From: Macrostomum lignano
Lineage: Eukaryota
Reading direction: 5' to 3'
NCBI GenBank assembly: GCA_002269645.1
Contig: NIVC01001521.1
Span: forward strand, 186,001 to 250,000
Length of the DNA stretch: 64,000 nucleotides
Below the pieces are notes generated by a model. The model was given only the letters and a program-made list of their open reading frames with translations, searched no databases and had not been told where the DNA came from. The translations under genes and the position numbers were made by a program. The stretch's first letter is position 1. Every line of letters begins with the position of its first letter. This document shows positions 18,935 to 30,959 of the stretch, piece after piece.

Positions 18935-20465
18935 AGGGAGAGGGAGGGGACAGATAGAGCCTAGAGGGTACAGAGGGTAAAGGAGGGAACAATAAAATGT
19001 TGCGGAGGGGACACAGGGTGACGGATGAGAGAGAGGGTGACGGAGGGGACAGACTGAGGGAGGGACAGAGGGGACAAAGGGTGACAGAGGGGACAGAGGG
19101 TGACGGAGGGGACAGAAGCTGAGGGAGGGACAGAGAGGGGGCAGAGGGTGACGGAGGGAACAGAGTGAGGGAGGGAACAGAGGTGCGATAGGGAAGGACA
19201 GAGGTTAACGGAGGGGACAGAGGGTGCAGGAGTGGGGGACAGAGGATGACGGAGGGGACAGAGGGTGACGGAGGGGACAAAGGGTGATGGAGGGGACGGG
19301 ACAGAGGGTGCAAGAGGGAAGGACAGAGGATGACGGAGGGAACAGAGGGTAACGGAGGGGACAGGGTGACGGAGGGAACAGAGGGTGACGGAGGGGACAG
19401 AGGGTAACGGAGGGGACATAGGGTGACGGAGGGGACGGGACAGAGGGTGCAAGAGGGAAGGACAGAGGATGACGGAGGGAACAGAGGGTGACGGAGGGGA
19501 CAGAGGGTGACGGAGGGACATAGGGTGACGGAGGGGACGGGACAGAGGGTGCAAGAGGGAAGGACAGAGGATGACGGAGGGGACAGAGGGTAACGGAGGG
19601 GACAGGGTGACGGAGGGGACAGAGGGTGACGGAGGGGGCAGAGGGTGACAGTGGGGGCAGAGGGTGACGGAGCAGAGGGTGACAGTGGGGGCAGAGGGTG
19701 ATGGAGGGAACAGAGGGTGAGGGACCCGCCTAGCAAATTTTGGCCTTGTCCTGCGGCAATTCATCCGGCTGCAATTCCAGTTTTCATCCGGGAGTGTAAT
19801 GTATTTCTGCCATTTGAAAACCGGAGAAAAACTGAAAGTTATGTCTACAAACCAGACGAACACGTTTCATGTCTCCCGTTTCATCCGGAATTGAATCCGG
19901 ACACCGGATGAAAAACGGAGTACATCCGGAACAACAGCCAGGCGGGGAGGGGAGATAGGGTGACGGAGGGTACAGAGGGTGACAGTGTGACGGAGGGTAC
20001 AGAGGGTGACAGTGTGACGGAGGGGACAGAGGGTGACGGAGGGGACAGAGGGTGACGGAGGGGACAGAGGGTGACGGAGGGGACAGAGGGTGACGGAGGG
20101 GACAGAGGGTGACGGAGGGTGACGGAGGGGACAGAGGGTGACGGAGGGGACAGAGGGTGACGGAGGGTGACGGAGGGGACAGAGGGTGACGGAGGGGACA
20201 GAGGGTGACGGAGGGGACAGAGGGTGACGGAGGGGACAGAGGGTGACGGAGGGAACAAGACAAAGGGTGACGGAGGGAACAAGACAAAGGGTGACGGAGA
20301 GGACAGAGGGTGACGGAGGGGACAGAGGGTGACAGAGGGTGACGGAGGGGACAGAGGGTGACGGAGGGGACAGAGGGTGACGGAGGGGACAGAGGGTGAC
20401 GGAGGGGACAGAGGGTGACGGAGGGGACAAAACAGAGGGTGACGGAGGGAGCAAAGGGTGACGGT
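18935..20465. repeat. Purine-rich about 20-bp minisatellite CAGAGGGTGACGGAGGGGA, interrupted by a 222-bp insertion
   Basis: Direct tandem units on both sides of 19725-19946. Confidence 0.95.
19725..19946. mobile_element. Small TIR element inserted in the minisatellite, with multiple CATCCGG/CCGGATG internal motifs
   Basis: CCCGCCTAGC (19725-19734) versus GCCAGGCGGG (19937-19946), 9/10 inverted match. Flanks GAGGGA/GAGGGG. Repeated TTCATCCGG motif in both orientations. Confidence 0.55.
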
Positions 20466-22884
20466 AAGGATTTTCTAGCTATATCTGCCCTTGGTAGTAT
20501 TTGTAGTTATTTTCTATATACGAGTACTCTTCCAAATTCATAATTGCTGCGTCATGCAAACGTAGCATTTATTAATTATTAACAAATTTGGAAAATGAAA
20601 CTCACCTACCTGTTGCTGTAGCACAGCCGCTGAGATGGTCTAGCTCAAACCCGGGATCAAGTCGTAGCCAACAGTCTGCAACAATAGGCCTCGCAACTCG
20701 AAATCCGGACTCGAATCGGAGGCCCGGAGAAAATTCGAGCTCGAATGAATTCGATTGTAGTTCCACAAAATTCGACTGGTTGTTGTAGCTGACTTCATCA
20801 AGTCGAATTGAGTGCCGTTGCACTTACATTCTTTAGGGTATTATAAGTGTCTATTTATAGCAAGTAAATCAGCTGGTTAAAAGCAACACCATTTGCTTTT
20901 GCGTACTTTCGTCTGTAAGTTTAGTTTATTTGTTTTTAACTTCAATCGCTAGAGCTTGAATCTTTCAATAGCATAACACAATACAAATAAAGTATACAAT
21001 GCACTTTAAAATACTTCTCGGTGACACACGCGGAAGAATGGTGCGATGGATGGCGTGTGGGAGAATCAGATTGGGAAAATCGTAGAAAAGGACAGACAGA
21101 CCATTTTAGGATAACGGAACGGAGTCTCCCTTACTACTTTACTCTGCTGGAAGTTCAAGGTCGTTTTAATTATATAAGCAAAATTGTGCATCGTTCAAGT
21201 TGTGCAAATATCCAGCCCCGGTGGCGGTTATTCCAGCCAATGTACATTTGACTGGATGACAAGCGGGGCGGCCTTATCTAAGATTTGCTGGAAAGTGAGG
21301 GGGCTGCCTGGAGTGAACCCTCTGCTCCCTCTCACTTGAAATTGAGGGGTGCAGGGGCAGGGGACGGAAGGGTAGCGAATTGACTTTGCGCTGGGCCTGG
21401 ACAGCGGTGGCGCTTTTGTTAAACAATTCACCCCTCTCCCCCCAGGCAGTGAATGTACACTGGGGTGGGGTGGGCTGGGGTGGGTGCAATTATGGTGGGG
21501 TGATTTCGCTACTACGCGTTGCGCATAACGCTCTGGCGGAGGGGGAGGAGAGAGTGAGGGAGGGGTTGCACGGACTGCGCGGCACTTTTGACCTAGAAGA
21601 AATCGCGCCATTTCAGTTGTGCTTTGTGTTGTGCTATTGCCTATTATGTTTTGTGGTTTCTCATTTTCTTTTTGTTTGATTTTATCATAACAACTACTCT
21701 TCTTTGGCGGCATTCTTACATATAATATTTTTTTTAGTGTTGAGTCTTAATGTTTGAATGCCTTCACAAATTTTATTATACGGCGTGAACAAGACGGCAT
21801 GCACTCAGCGAGTTTCTTTTTCAAGTAAATTCGAATTTGTGCTTCTAAAACGCAAGATTATCCTTACTCTGTCGAAGGAAAAGTACTGTACAATACAATA
21901 CGCCATTCAAATTAGGAATATTCGAAAGCGTTTAGGAACGCTTCGGCCACTACATATCAATCAAATCAAATGATCATACTCGATCGTAATCAGTGGGGTG
22001 GATAGTTACTGCAGTGACGGATTTAATGGGGTCAAGGGGGTCAGCCGATCCCCCCCCCCATGTCACAATCCCGAAGTTTCACGAGCTCGAATATTCACAA
22101 GCTCAAAAATTCTTCATATCGTTGTCGAAAAGTCGTAAGCTTTAAGTTTCACTTCGTTGAATTACGAGCGTAGTTTTAAGGTTATAAAGCTCGATAAAGC
22201 CCAATCATACAGATTACAACAAAGAAAACAATTATTTAACCAGTTTGTACTAACTATCGCGATACAGATCGCATCACAAAAAAACTTTATAGCATATTAT
22301 TTTCCAAGAGTAGAGTGCATCGTTAGAAAAACCGTCAGCTTGAAGCGAAGCAAAGTGCAAAGATCGAAATGCTGTTAATGTAGCTACATACTAATAGCTG
22401 AGGGGCTGCTGGGGCTGGGGGTGACTGATGAAGATGATTGCTGCTTTATTGTTGCAGAAAAAGCATCCACTAGCTAGTACCTAGTTTAGTGTGGTGCCTC
22501 GGTTCGAGGAAATACAACCCCCAGTTTGCTATGCATGTATGTTTGCTATATACTGCCAAAGCGAAATGCACTGATTCATCGCATGCAGAGTGCAGATGCA
22601 GTGCACTCAGTGCCTCCCTTAGGTGCTGTAAATGAATTTTTATATTCGTATCTGCAGCTTGTAACGCCATAGCTTCAACATGCATACTCGTTGCCACTTG
22701 TACTGTAAGACTATATATCTGTGTGTGTGGCAATGCCATTCGATGGTTCTTCAAGCGTATGCGTACCTTTTAAATGGAATGATGAAGCTCGACTTTCTAA
22801 AACGAAAATGTAAACTCCTACTGTCATTTAAAGTTGAATGATATGATTTGTCAGCAGTTGAATGGCGATATGTCAAAGTTGACA

Positions 22885-23470
22885 AGCACCAGAGCGCCAG
22901 CACGAGGGGCGCCAGCACCAGGGGCTTAAGCACCAGGGGCTTTAGCACCAGGGGATTTAGCACCAGGGGCTTTAGCACCAGGGGCTTTAGCACCAGGGGC
23001 TTTAGCACCAGGGGCTTTAGCACCAGGGGCTTTAGCACCAGGGGCGCCAGCACCAGGGGCTTTAGCACCAGGGGCTTTAGCACCAGGGGCTTTAGCACCA
23101 GGGGCTTTAGCACCAGGGGCTTTAGCACCAGGGGCTTTAGCACCAGGGGCTTTAGCACCAGGGGCTTTAGCACCAGGGGCTTTAGCACCAGGGGCTTTAG
23201 CACCAGGGGCCTTAGCACCAGGGGCTTTAGCACCAGGGGCTTTAGCACCAGGGGCTTTAGCACCAGGGGCTTTAGCACCAGGGGCGCCAGCACCAGGGGC
23301 GCCAGCACCAGGGGCGCCAGCACCAGGGGCGCCAGCACCAGGGGCGCCAGCACCAGGGGCGCCAGCACCAGGGGCGCCAGCACCAGGGGCGCCAGCACCA
23401 GGGGCGCCAGCACCAGGGGCGCCAGCACCATGCAGGGGCGCCAGCACCAGGGGCGCCAGCACCATGCAGG
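22885..23470. repeat. 15-bp minisatellite AGCACCAGGGGC(TTT/GCC), about 38 copies in two variant blocks
   Basis: Direct; KPLVL/STRGF/APGAK ORFs are its frames. Confidence 0.97.
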
Positions 23471-25059
23471 GGCGCCAGAGGCACCATGCAGAAACCAGGT
23501 GCCCCCAGCACCAGAAAAAATAAGTAGAGATGAAGCGAAGCATCTACTTTGAACAAAATATTAAAACTAATTTTTTTCTTCTTATAGCAATGAGCTATTA
23601 TAAGTAAAAAGAGCAGTCGATCGTGCGTACAGAAATCTCCAATGAAAGGCCCATATAAAAGTGCGTACTCGACTCCAAGTGTAAGTGCTCAATCGATTGC
23701 TAAAAGTCGATTTTTAATCGGCAACACTACCGAATGAAAATCGACTGTCATTGAACCGAAAAAGAGACACGAAAAATCTACGTTTACAAGAAATTCTCTA
23801 ACCTCGTGGGCTAAAGAGAGAGAAAGAGAGAGAACCTGTGAGCCGATCAAAGAACTTGCAGTCACGCCACAGCTGCGCACAGCAATCCATGCAGCTAATT
23901 CCTTATCTGTTTGAACTCGAGGACCCCCGGACAGAATAATAATTAAATTGCAGTTTTATGCCCGCAGCCCAATAGAGCAATATACTAATCTTAGACAGCT
24001 GGGGTTTTGGATTACCTACTACTGTAAGAAGTAATAAAGTCTTTACCGAAACGAATATAAGCCTGCCCGTCAGGTAGCTATGCTATATACTTCTGCACAC
24101 TGTATCCCTATACTCAACTGAATGCGGGCAGTGCAGACATTATACGTTTAGGTGCATTGGCTACCATTTATGGCTTAGCTTAATAACAAGTCTCGCGGAC
24201 TCTGGGGCTGCGATACTATTTGCTCAAGACAATTCCTTTCTGATTGTGAGACCCAATTTTCTTCCAACATTTCCCAGGAATTATATCGCGGATCCTTCCG
24301 TCTGTCTGTCTGTTTGCTGAAGTTAAACGAACAACAGCAGCAGCAGTAGCAACTTCTGCTGTTAAAGTACACAAAGGCTAAAACCTTGAGACTAGCATTA
24401 CTATGCTATAATTTATTCCCAGTCCAGGCAATCAGTTTTTTATTGACAGTTTTCTTGCCTTGTTAATTTTCTAATCGCCTGTTTTCATATGGTAAAACTG
24501 GAATGCACAGGTTTTAATGCAAATTTACTTAAAGGATAACTGTGACAATATAAATGATGCGAAGTACACAGTATTTATTCAAGGCTGCAGTGAGGACAGA
24601 TAGAGCAGCTAATTAAATTCTATAATTTCGCGTTAAACTACGCACTCATATATGGTTCGATTCATTTGGGAATTGCAGTGTGCACACAAACTCATTGTTC
24701 ATGTACATGTCTCTGACGCGTAGAAAGCCAGGGCCGCTGTACACAACCGTGTGTGATCGTTTTGATGAGTTCGTGCCTAAATATTTTAGTGCTCCTGGTC
24801 AGCTGAATGGACAGAGTTGACGTCAGAGAGCTGGTTGCGAGAAAATGTCGCCGAAGGTCCACATTATGGCCACATGCTAAAGCCCCTCATGGTTTTCAAC
24901 GTGTTTAATTCATTGTGTCTTCATTTTAATTAAACTACTCATATAATTAAGCATTTTAGCTTAATAGAAATCGGCCCAGCTATGATCATGCAAGTGCAAA
25001 GAATTAGGAGGAACCTGTTAAGTATTGTATTCGTATAGTTATGATTGCAGTCTAGCGCA

Positions 25060-25550
25060 TCGCCACTCACCTGAGCAATCAGCAGGCTGCTCAAGCTGCA
25101 GTTCAGCATCACCACTCACCTGAGCAATCAGCAGGCTGCTCAGGCTGCAGTTCAGAATCACCACTCACCTGAGCAATCAGCAGGCTGCTCAGGCTGCAGT
25201 TCAGCATCACCACTCACCTGAGCAATCAGCAGGCTGCTCAAGCTGCAGTTCAGCATCACCACTCACCTGAGCAATCAGCAGGCTGCTCAGGCTGCAGTTC
25301 AGAATCACCACTCACCTGAGCAATCAGCAGGCTGCTCAGGCTGCAGTTCAGCATCACCACTCACCTGAGCAATCAGCAGGCTGCTCAGGCTGCAGTTCAG
25401 CGTCGCCACTCACCTGAGCAATCAGCAGGCTGCTCAGGCTGCAGTTCAGCATCACCACTCACCTGAGCAATCAGCAGGCTGCTCAAGCTGCAATTCAGCA
25501 TCGCCACTCACCTGAGCAATCAGCAGGCTACTTAGGCTGCAGTTCAGCAC
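25060..25550 (-). repeat. 49-bp x10 tandem array whose unit is an exon end plus GTGAGT 5' splice site
   Basis: ACTCACCTGAGC at 25065, 25114, 25163, 25212, 25261, 25310, 25359, 25408, 25457 and 25506 (exact 49-bp spacing). Confidence 0.97.
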
Positions 25551-25760
25551 CGCCACAATGCTGAGCAGTCGGCGGAAGCTGGACCTCTTCGTGATGCCGC
25601 CTTTGCAAGCAGCCGCCAAGATGAACGAGTTGAGCACGGAGCTCAGCGCACCGGCGGCCCCGTAGGCAGTCAAGAAAGGCACATTGAGATGCGTCAGCAG
25701 AGCGTAGGTCTTCGTCTGCGGGCAATCAGCTGTGTGCGCTTCAGTTGAAGCTGCTGTCAT
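25512..25760 (-). CDS. Orphan first coding exon of a probable 7TM/GPCR-like membrane protein (TM1-loop-TM2 start); downstream exons not found
   Basis: MTAASTEAHTADCPQTKTYALLTHLNVPFLTAYGAAGALSSVLNSFILAAACKGGITKRSSFRRLLSIVAVLNCSLSSLLIAQ ends at CAG|GTGAGT. GC3-rich codons; two hydrophobic stretches separated by a basic loop. The family call is inference. Confidence 0.5.
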
Positions 25761-26126
25761 TTTGCCAATGCAATGAAAAGAATGTTTGCCATAAATCAAA
25801 GCATGCGATCTGTCAATCCAGCTGTCAGAGGGACATTTTTAGCCTTTAAATCAAGCAGTTAATAGCAGTATCGTTGGCATCGGCTGCTGCGGGTCTGGGG
25901 GTGTGACATCCAGCTCCCCTTAGCAACCAGAACTTCTATTGAACCGGAAGTGCGGCTGTGCGTGCATCGCCCATTGTCCCGCACAGGAGAAGTGAGCAGC
26001 TGCTCCGAACTGGGGCAGACTGGATTGACCAGCTGAAAAAGAAGCTGATTTTGGGAACTCCACGAAGTTTACTCTGACAACGAATGGTAAAAAATGGCTG
26101 CTGGATGCCAAACTGTTTTCTGCAGC

Positions 26127-26220
26127 AACCAAGAGACAGGGACGCCAACCAAGAGACAGGGACGCCAACCAAGAGACAGGGACGCCAACCAAGAGACAGG
26201 GAGGCCCGCCAAGAGACAGG
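26127..26220. repeat. 20-bp repeat CCAAGAGACAGGGACGCCAA x5
   Basis: AAGAGACAGG at 26131, 26151, 26171, 26191 and 26211. Confidence 0.92.
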
Positions 26221-26479
26221 TGCGCCTACTCAAGAATCCGAGGACTTAGTTTGAAACCACAGATTTCATAATATAATTTCAGTATGCAACACATCTTGAA
26301 GGTAGCAGATTATGGACAGACACACAGGACCGCAGGCGCAGGACAATAAAATCAAATGCAGTTGGTCTGGAAGGCGGCTGTCAGGATGTCAGACCCTCAT
26401 TCGAGCCCATAGCAACCGCTCTGCTCACAACATGAGAAGCCTAACCCACATAAACTTGTGCACAGGTCACCAAAAGTAA

Positions 26480-27720
26480 CCAATCGAGTATTTCAAGAGT
26501 ACCAATTGGTAGTTTCAAGAGTGACCAATTGATAATATCAAGAGTGACCAATTGATAATATCAAGAGTGACCAATTGATAATATCAAGAGTGACCAATTG
26601 ATAATATTGTTGTGCAATCGTGCCCTTTCTCGCCCTCCTGCCCCGCCCCAACCCTCCAGTCTGCCCCACCCCTCCAATCAATAATCAATGCGTACGCCGA
26701 TCACGCCACCCCGCCCCACCTCCCCTGCTGTACCGTACATTTGTTCTTAAGTTATATTCATGTACGCGTAGGACCAATGAAAAATATATAGTCGCTGTCT
26801 GGAGGGCAGACTCCTCCCTTGCGCGCGTTGGTCCGCCTCCGTTGGCTATTAACGACTCGTCGATCTACCATAAAAAGTGCACGGCGAACTGCATCGGCTA
26901 CGGTGTGTAAGTTCGTGTTCGCGAGTTACTTTCCTTTTTCTGCTTCTCCCTAGGGCGCGGGACGGGAGCTCTGACTGGGGACCTGGGGGTCGCAGCTTCC
27001 CGACAGGTTAAAGCTGTAGGCGTTGCTCCGGAGGACGGGGCTCACAACAATATCAAGAGTGACCAATTGATAATATCAAGAGTGACCAATGGATGATTTC
27101 AAGAGTGACCAATTGATAATTTCAAGAGTGACCAATTGATAATTTCAAGAGTGACCAATTGATAATTTCAAGAGTGACCAATTGATAATTTCAAGAGTGA
27201 CCAATTGATAATTTCAAGAGTGACCAATTGATAATTTCAAGAGTGACCAATTGATAATTTCAAGAGTGACCAATTGATAATTTCAAGAGTGACCAATTGA
27301 TAATTTCAAGAGTGACCAATTGATAATTTCAAGAGTGACCAATTGATAATTTCAAGAGTGACCAATTGATAATTTCAAGAGTGACCAATTGATAATATCA
27401 AGAGTGACCAATTGATAATATCAAGAGTGACCAATTGATAATATCAAGAGTGACCAATTGATAATATCAAGAGTGACCAATTGATAATTTCATGAGTGAC
27501 CAATTGATAATATCAAGAGTGACCAATTGATAATATCAAGAGTGACCAATTGATAATATCAAGAGTGACCAATTGATAATTTCATGAGTGACCAATTGAT
27601 AATTTCATGAGTGACCAATTGATCGTTTTAAGAGTGACCAATTGATAACTTTGAGAGTGACTAATTGATAATTTTGAGAGTGACCAATTGATAATTTCAA
27701 GAGTGACCAATTTATAACTT
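26480..27720. repeat. 23-bp minisatellite TTCAAGAGTGACCAATTGATAAT, split by a solo LTR
   Basis: Direct; the unit resumes in register after the insertion. Confidence 0.96.
26608..27049. mobile_element. Solo LTR (442 bp), Ty3/Gypsy-type 4-bp TSD
   Basis: Begins TGTTGTG and ends CACAACA (perfect 7-bp inverted termini). ATAT duplicated at 26604-26607 and 27050-27053. TATA-like CATAAAAAG near 26868. Confidence 0.88.
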
Positions 27721-27745
27721 TTTCCTTCGCCCTCCGCCATCACAG

Positions 27746-27948
27746 ACTGGGGCTTCGAGGACCAGAGAAGGCTGATGCGCACGCTGATGTTTCGGCACTC
27801 GCCCCGGATCCAGCGGTCTTCAAGGCACTCGATGGCCGCACTGAGCCACAGTGTGAGCAGCCAACTCAGATCCCATGGCCTCATCGGCATGGACCGCTAC
27901 TTGCTGGACAATTTTGGCCGCTTCCTCAGTGACGAGTTTCTGCTCTGA
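27746..27948 (+). CDS. Candidate terminal coding exon of an unidentified gene (DWGFEDQRRLMRTLMF...GMDRYLLDNFGRFLSDEFLL*)
   Basis: Strong acceptor ttttccttcgccctccgccatcacag|; open GC3-rich frame to TGA; unique island between two minisatellites. The upstream exon is uncertain (possible donor AG|GTGCGC at 26219). Confidence 0.4.
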
Positions 27949-27999
27949 AAGAGAGGTTTGGATTGGCTGGGATTCTCTAGAGAGATTAGCTCTGTGCTG

Positions 28000-28217
28000 G
28001 GACTTGAGCACTGTGATCTGTCACTCTGGACTGGGACCTGAGCACTGTGATCTGTCACTCTGGACTGGGACCCGAGCACTGTGATCTGTCACTCTGGGCT
28101 GGGACCTGAGCACTGTGATCTGTCACTCTGGACTGGGACCTGAGCACTGTGATCTGTCACTCTGTGCTGGGACCTGAGCACTGTGATCTGTCACTCTGGG
28201 CTGGGACCTGAACACTG
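28000..28217. repeat. 34-bp minisatellite GAGCACTGTGATCTGTCACTCTGGACTGGGACCT, about 6 copies
   Basis: Direct; spacing 28006 to 28040. Confidence 0.93.
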
Positions 28218-28899
28218 ACGGGTGCCATCTTGACGGCATCAACGTGGAGGCGCTAGCAGCGCACCTGAGTCCTTTATCTCAATTCGCACTGGAAGGAGTG
28301 GCGGGTCGGCAGTGAGGGTGAGACAGAGAGAGAGGGACAGAGAGCCGAGCTGCTCGCCAACCAACTGGCTAGAGCTGCGAGTACAGGTGAGGGACTGAGC
28401 AGCATTTTATATATTTTGAAGATCTCAGACTGCACTGAGGCACAATGGGTCAGCTCAGCCTCATCAAGTACAGCTTGGGGTGGCCGCTGCAGTCACTACC
28501 TCTCCGTTGCCATGCTGGGTGCACAGAGGCGAAGGCGACGGACTCAGCGCTCATGCTCAGGAGAGAAGTTTCGGTTGCTACGGCTGGGGTGGTTGGCCTC
28601 GCCAGAGGCTGCAAAAGGGAGGGCAGCTGATAGATGAGGCGGTAAAATCTTTCTGGCAACTGGCTGCACAAACCTTTGAAACACCTGCCGCTCTGACAGC
28701 ATGGAGCATCAGTAAGATTCATCAAATTTCATGATTTGAAATTCGTTGCAAACATTAAAGCAGTGAAGCCACCCTCCACTCTTTCAGCCTCCCTGTGCCT
28801 CCCCTTTCTTCAAGTTAATTTAATTCAAAACGCAACTCACCCATCAACAGGGAAATATTTACCTTCTAGTGGAAATCACTCACCAGCGTGCTAAGTAGA

Positions 28900-30221
28900 A
28901 TGAGCCAACAAATTACTGCTGACAAGGCTGCCAAAAAAGGAGATGTCGAGGTACTCAGAGGTTATCTGACTTTTCAACAAACAGAAAACGACATATATAA
29001 CTTCTGCAAAAGCTATTCAGTATTTGCTGCAAGCGAGGGGCAGTTAGAAGCCCTCGAGTTTCTTGCGCTTAGTGTCGTTGATAAACAAAAAAGAGATGAC
29101 TGCTGCATCGAGGCTGCAAGATTTGCTACAGTTAAAGGTCAGTGGGAAGCCTTCGAGTTTCTGGTGCACACAGTCGCTGACCAGACAAACGGAGATCAGG
29201 GCTGCATCGATGCTGCCGAATTTGCAGCATCCAATCGTGTTTGGGAAGTCGTCAAGTTTCTCGTGTCGACAGTCGCTGACCATACAAAAAGAGATGACTT
29301 CTCCGTCAAGTCTGCGAAGTATACTGGAAATATTGGTCAGTTAGAAGTCGTAAATTTTCTCTTCGACACAGTCCATGACCAAACAAAAAGATATTACTTC
29401 TGCATCAAGGCTGCCAAATCTGCTGCAAGCAATCGTGAATGGGAAGTCGTCGAGTTTCTCGTCGACAAAGTCACTAGCCAAACAAAAAGAGATCACTGCT
29501 GCATCGAGGCTGCTAGATCTGCTGCAAGCAATGGTCAGATACAAGTCGTAAAGTTTCTTGTTAACAAAGTGGCTGATGAAACAGAAAGAGATCATTGCTG
29601 CATCGAGGCTGCTAGATCTGCTGCAAGCAATGGTCAGATACAAGTCGTAAAGTTTCTTGTTAACAAAGTGGCTGATGAAACAGAAAGAGATCATTGCTGC
29701 ATCGAGGCTGCTAAATCTGATGCGAAAAATGGTGAGTCGGAAGTCGTCCAGTTTCTCATTCAAACAGTCGCTGACCAAACAAAAAGAGATCACTGCTGCA
29801 TCGAGGCTGCTAAATCTGCTGCGAGCAATGGTCAGAAAGTAGTCGTCCAGTTTCTTGTCGACAAAGTCACTGACCAAACAAAAAGGGATCAGAATTGCAT
29901 CAAGGCAGCTGAAACTGCTGCACTTTACCGTCAGTGGGAAATCTTCGAGTTTCTTGTCCAGAGAGTCGCTGACCAAACAAAGATCAGTGTTGCATCGCTG
30001 CAGCTGAAACTGCTGCATGCAACTGTCAGTGGAAAGTTTTCAAGTTTCTTGTCCAAACAGTCGCTGACCAAACAAAAAGAGATCCGTGCTGCATCAAGGT
30101 TGTCAAATCTGCTTTGAGCAATCGTGAGTGGGAAGTCGTCCAGTTTCTCGTACTGACAGTCGCTGACCAAACAAAAGGAGATCAGTGCTGCATAAAGGCT
30201 GCTGAATCTGCTGGATCCTAG
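28900..30221 (+). CDS. Intronless divergent ankyrin-like repeat protein (about 13 x 33-aa repeats); 4-bp deletion frameshift near 29980 (pseudogene allele or assembly error)
   Basis: 99-bp/33-aa period with consensus DxCCIEAAxSAASNGQWEVVKFLVxxVADQTKR. After ACAAAGAT (versus ACAAAAAGAGAT in other units) the repeats continue in another frame to TAG at 30219-30221. Confidence 0.8.
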
Positions 30222-30959
30222 TGGAGCAGGGTGAGGTACACAAAGTTCGCGAATTGTTCAGTAAAGTATTTAAACGAAACAACAGAAACAGAGACTAATA
30301 TTGGTACAAGCGTAAATAAAGATCTTACATGCATTGCAGAAGTCCAAAGGCCCGACAGGCAGCAGCCGCTCGAAAGTGAGTTTGATGGTTGAAATTGGGT
30401 TTGACTGAGTGCTGCAGCAGCCGCACTCTCAGCTCTCTTGCTTGTTCTGTCCATCCAAATCTGAGTGTTGTGTATGAACTTTAACTCCATGGTCTATGGC
30501 GAATCTTTCTTTATGTTTAACTATAGCAGCCAGCTACTTCGCTGCTATAAAAATACACGATGCCTCTTCTATCTTTTCCGTCTCGACATATTAGTTTTCG
30601 TTACTACAAAGTACAAATGGTGACAAGGAACATTTAATTCTTCGCTGGACGATGCTGCAGTCACCAAATCTTCATTCCGATGTTTTCCGGGCCCGATTTC
30701 TGACTGTGGGAGATGCCGATGTGCTACCTCGATGTCGAACAGTATTTCAAGCGCCTCAGGTTTTACTAGCGCAACGGAATAGACTGACCAGAGCAAAGCC
30801 GTTCTACACCATTTTACCTCCTATTTTGAAAAAAAGTCTTATTCAAAAGAAACAAGCTTCTTCAAACACTTTAAGAAATATCAGAGCTTGCAGAAATTCA
30901 TTTCAAACAAAGTCCGTTTCTATTGACACAGAAGAACTTTAATTTAAACTGTCTGTGGC

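Noticed and set aside
25915-26420. ETS-like CCGGAAGT (about 25945) and RFX X-box-like half sites (TAGCAAC near 25921; CCATAGCAAC near 26408)
   Set aside because: Short motifs are expected by chance, and no transcription start is known to anchor them.
25060-27720. CRISPR-like arrays
   Set aside because: The repeats are head-to-tail with no unique spacers, no cas genes are present, and the context is eukaryotic.
30560-30942. Possible decayed domain (TIR-like IFIPMFS..DF) downstream of the ankyrin-like gene
   Set aside because: Many stops and only a few matching residues.
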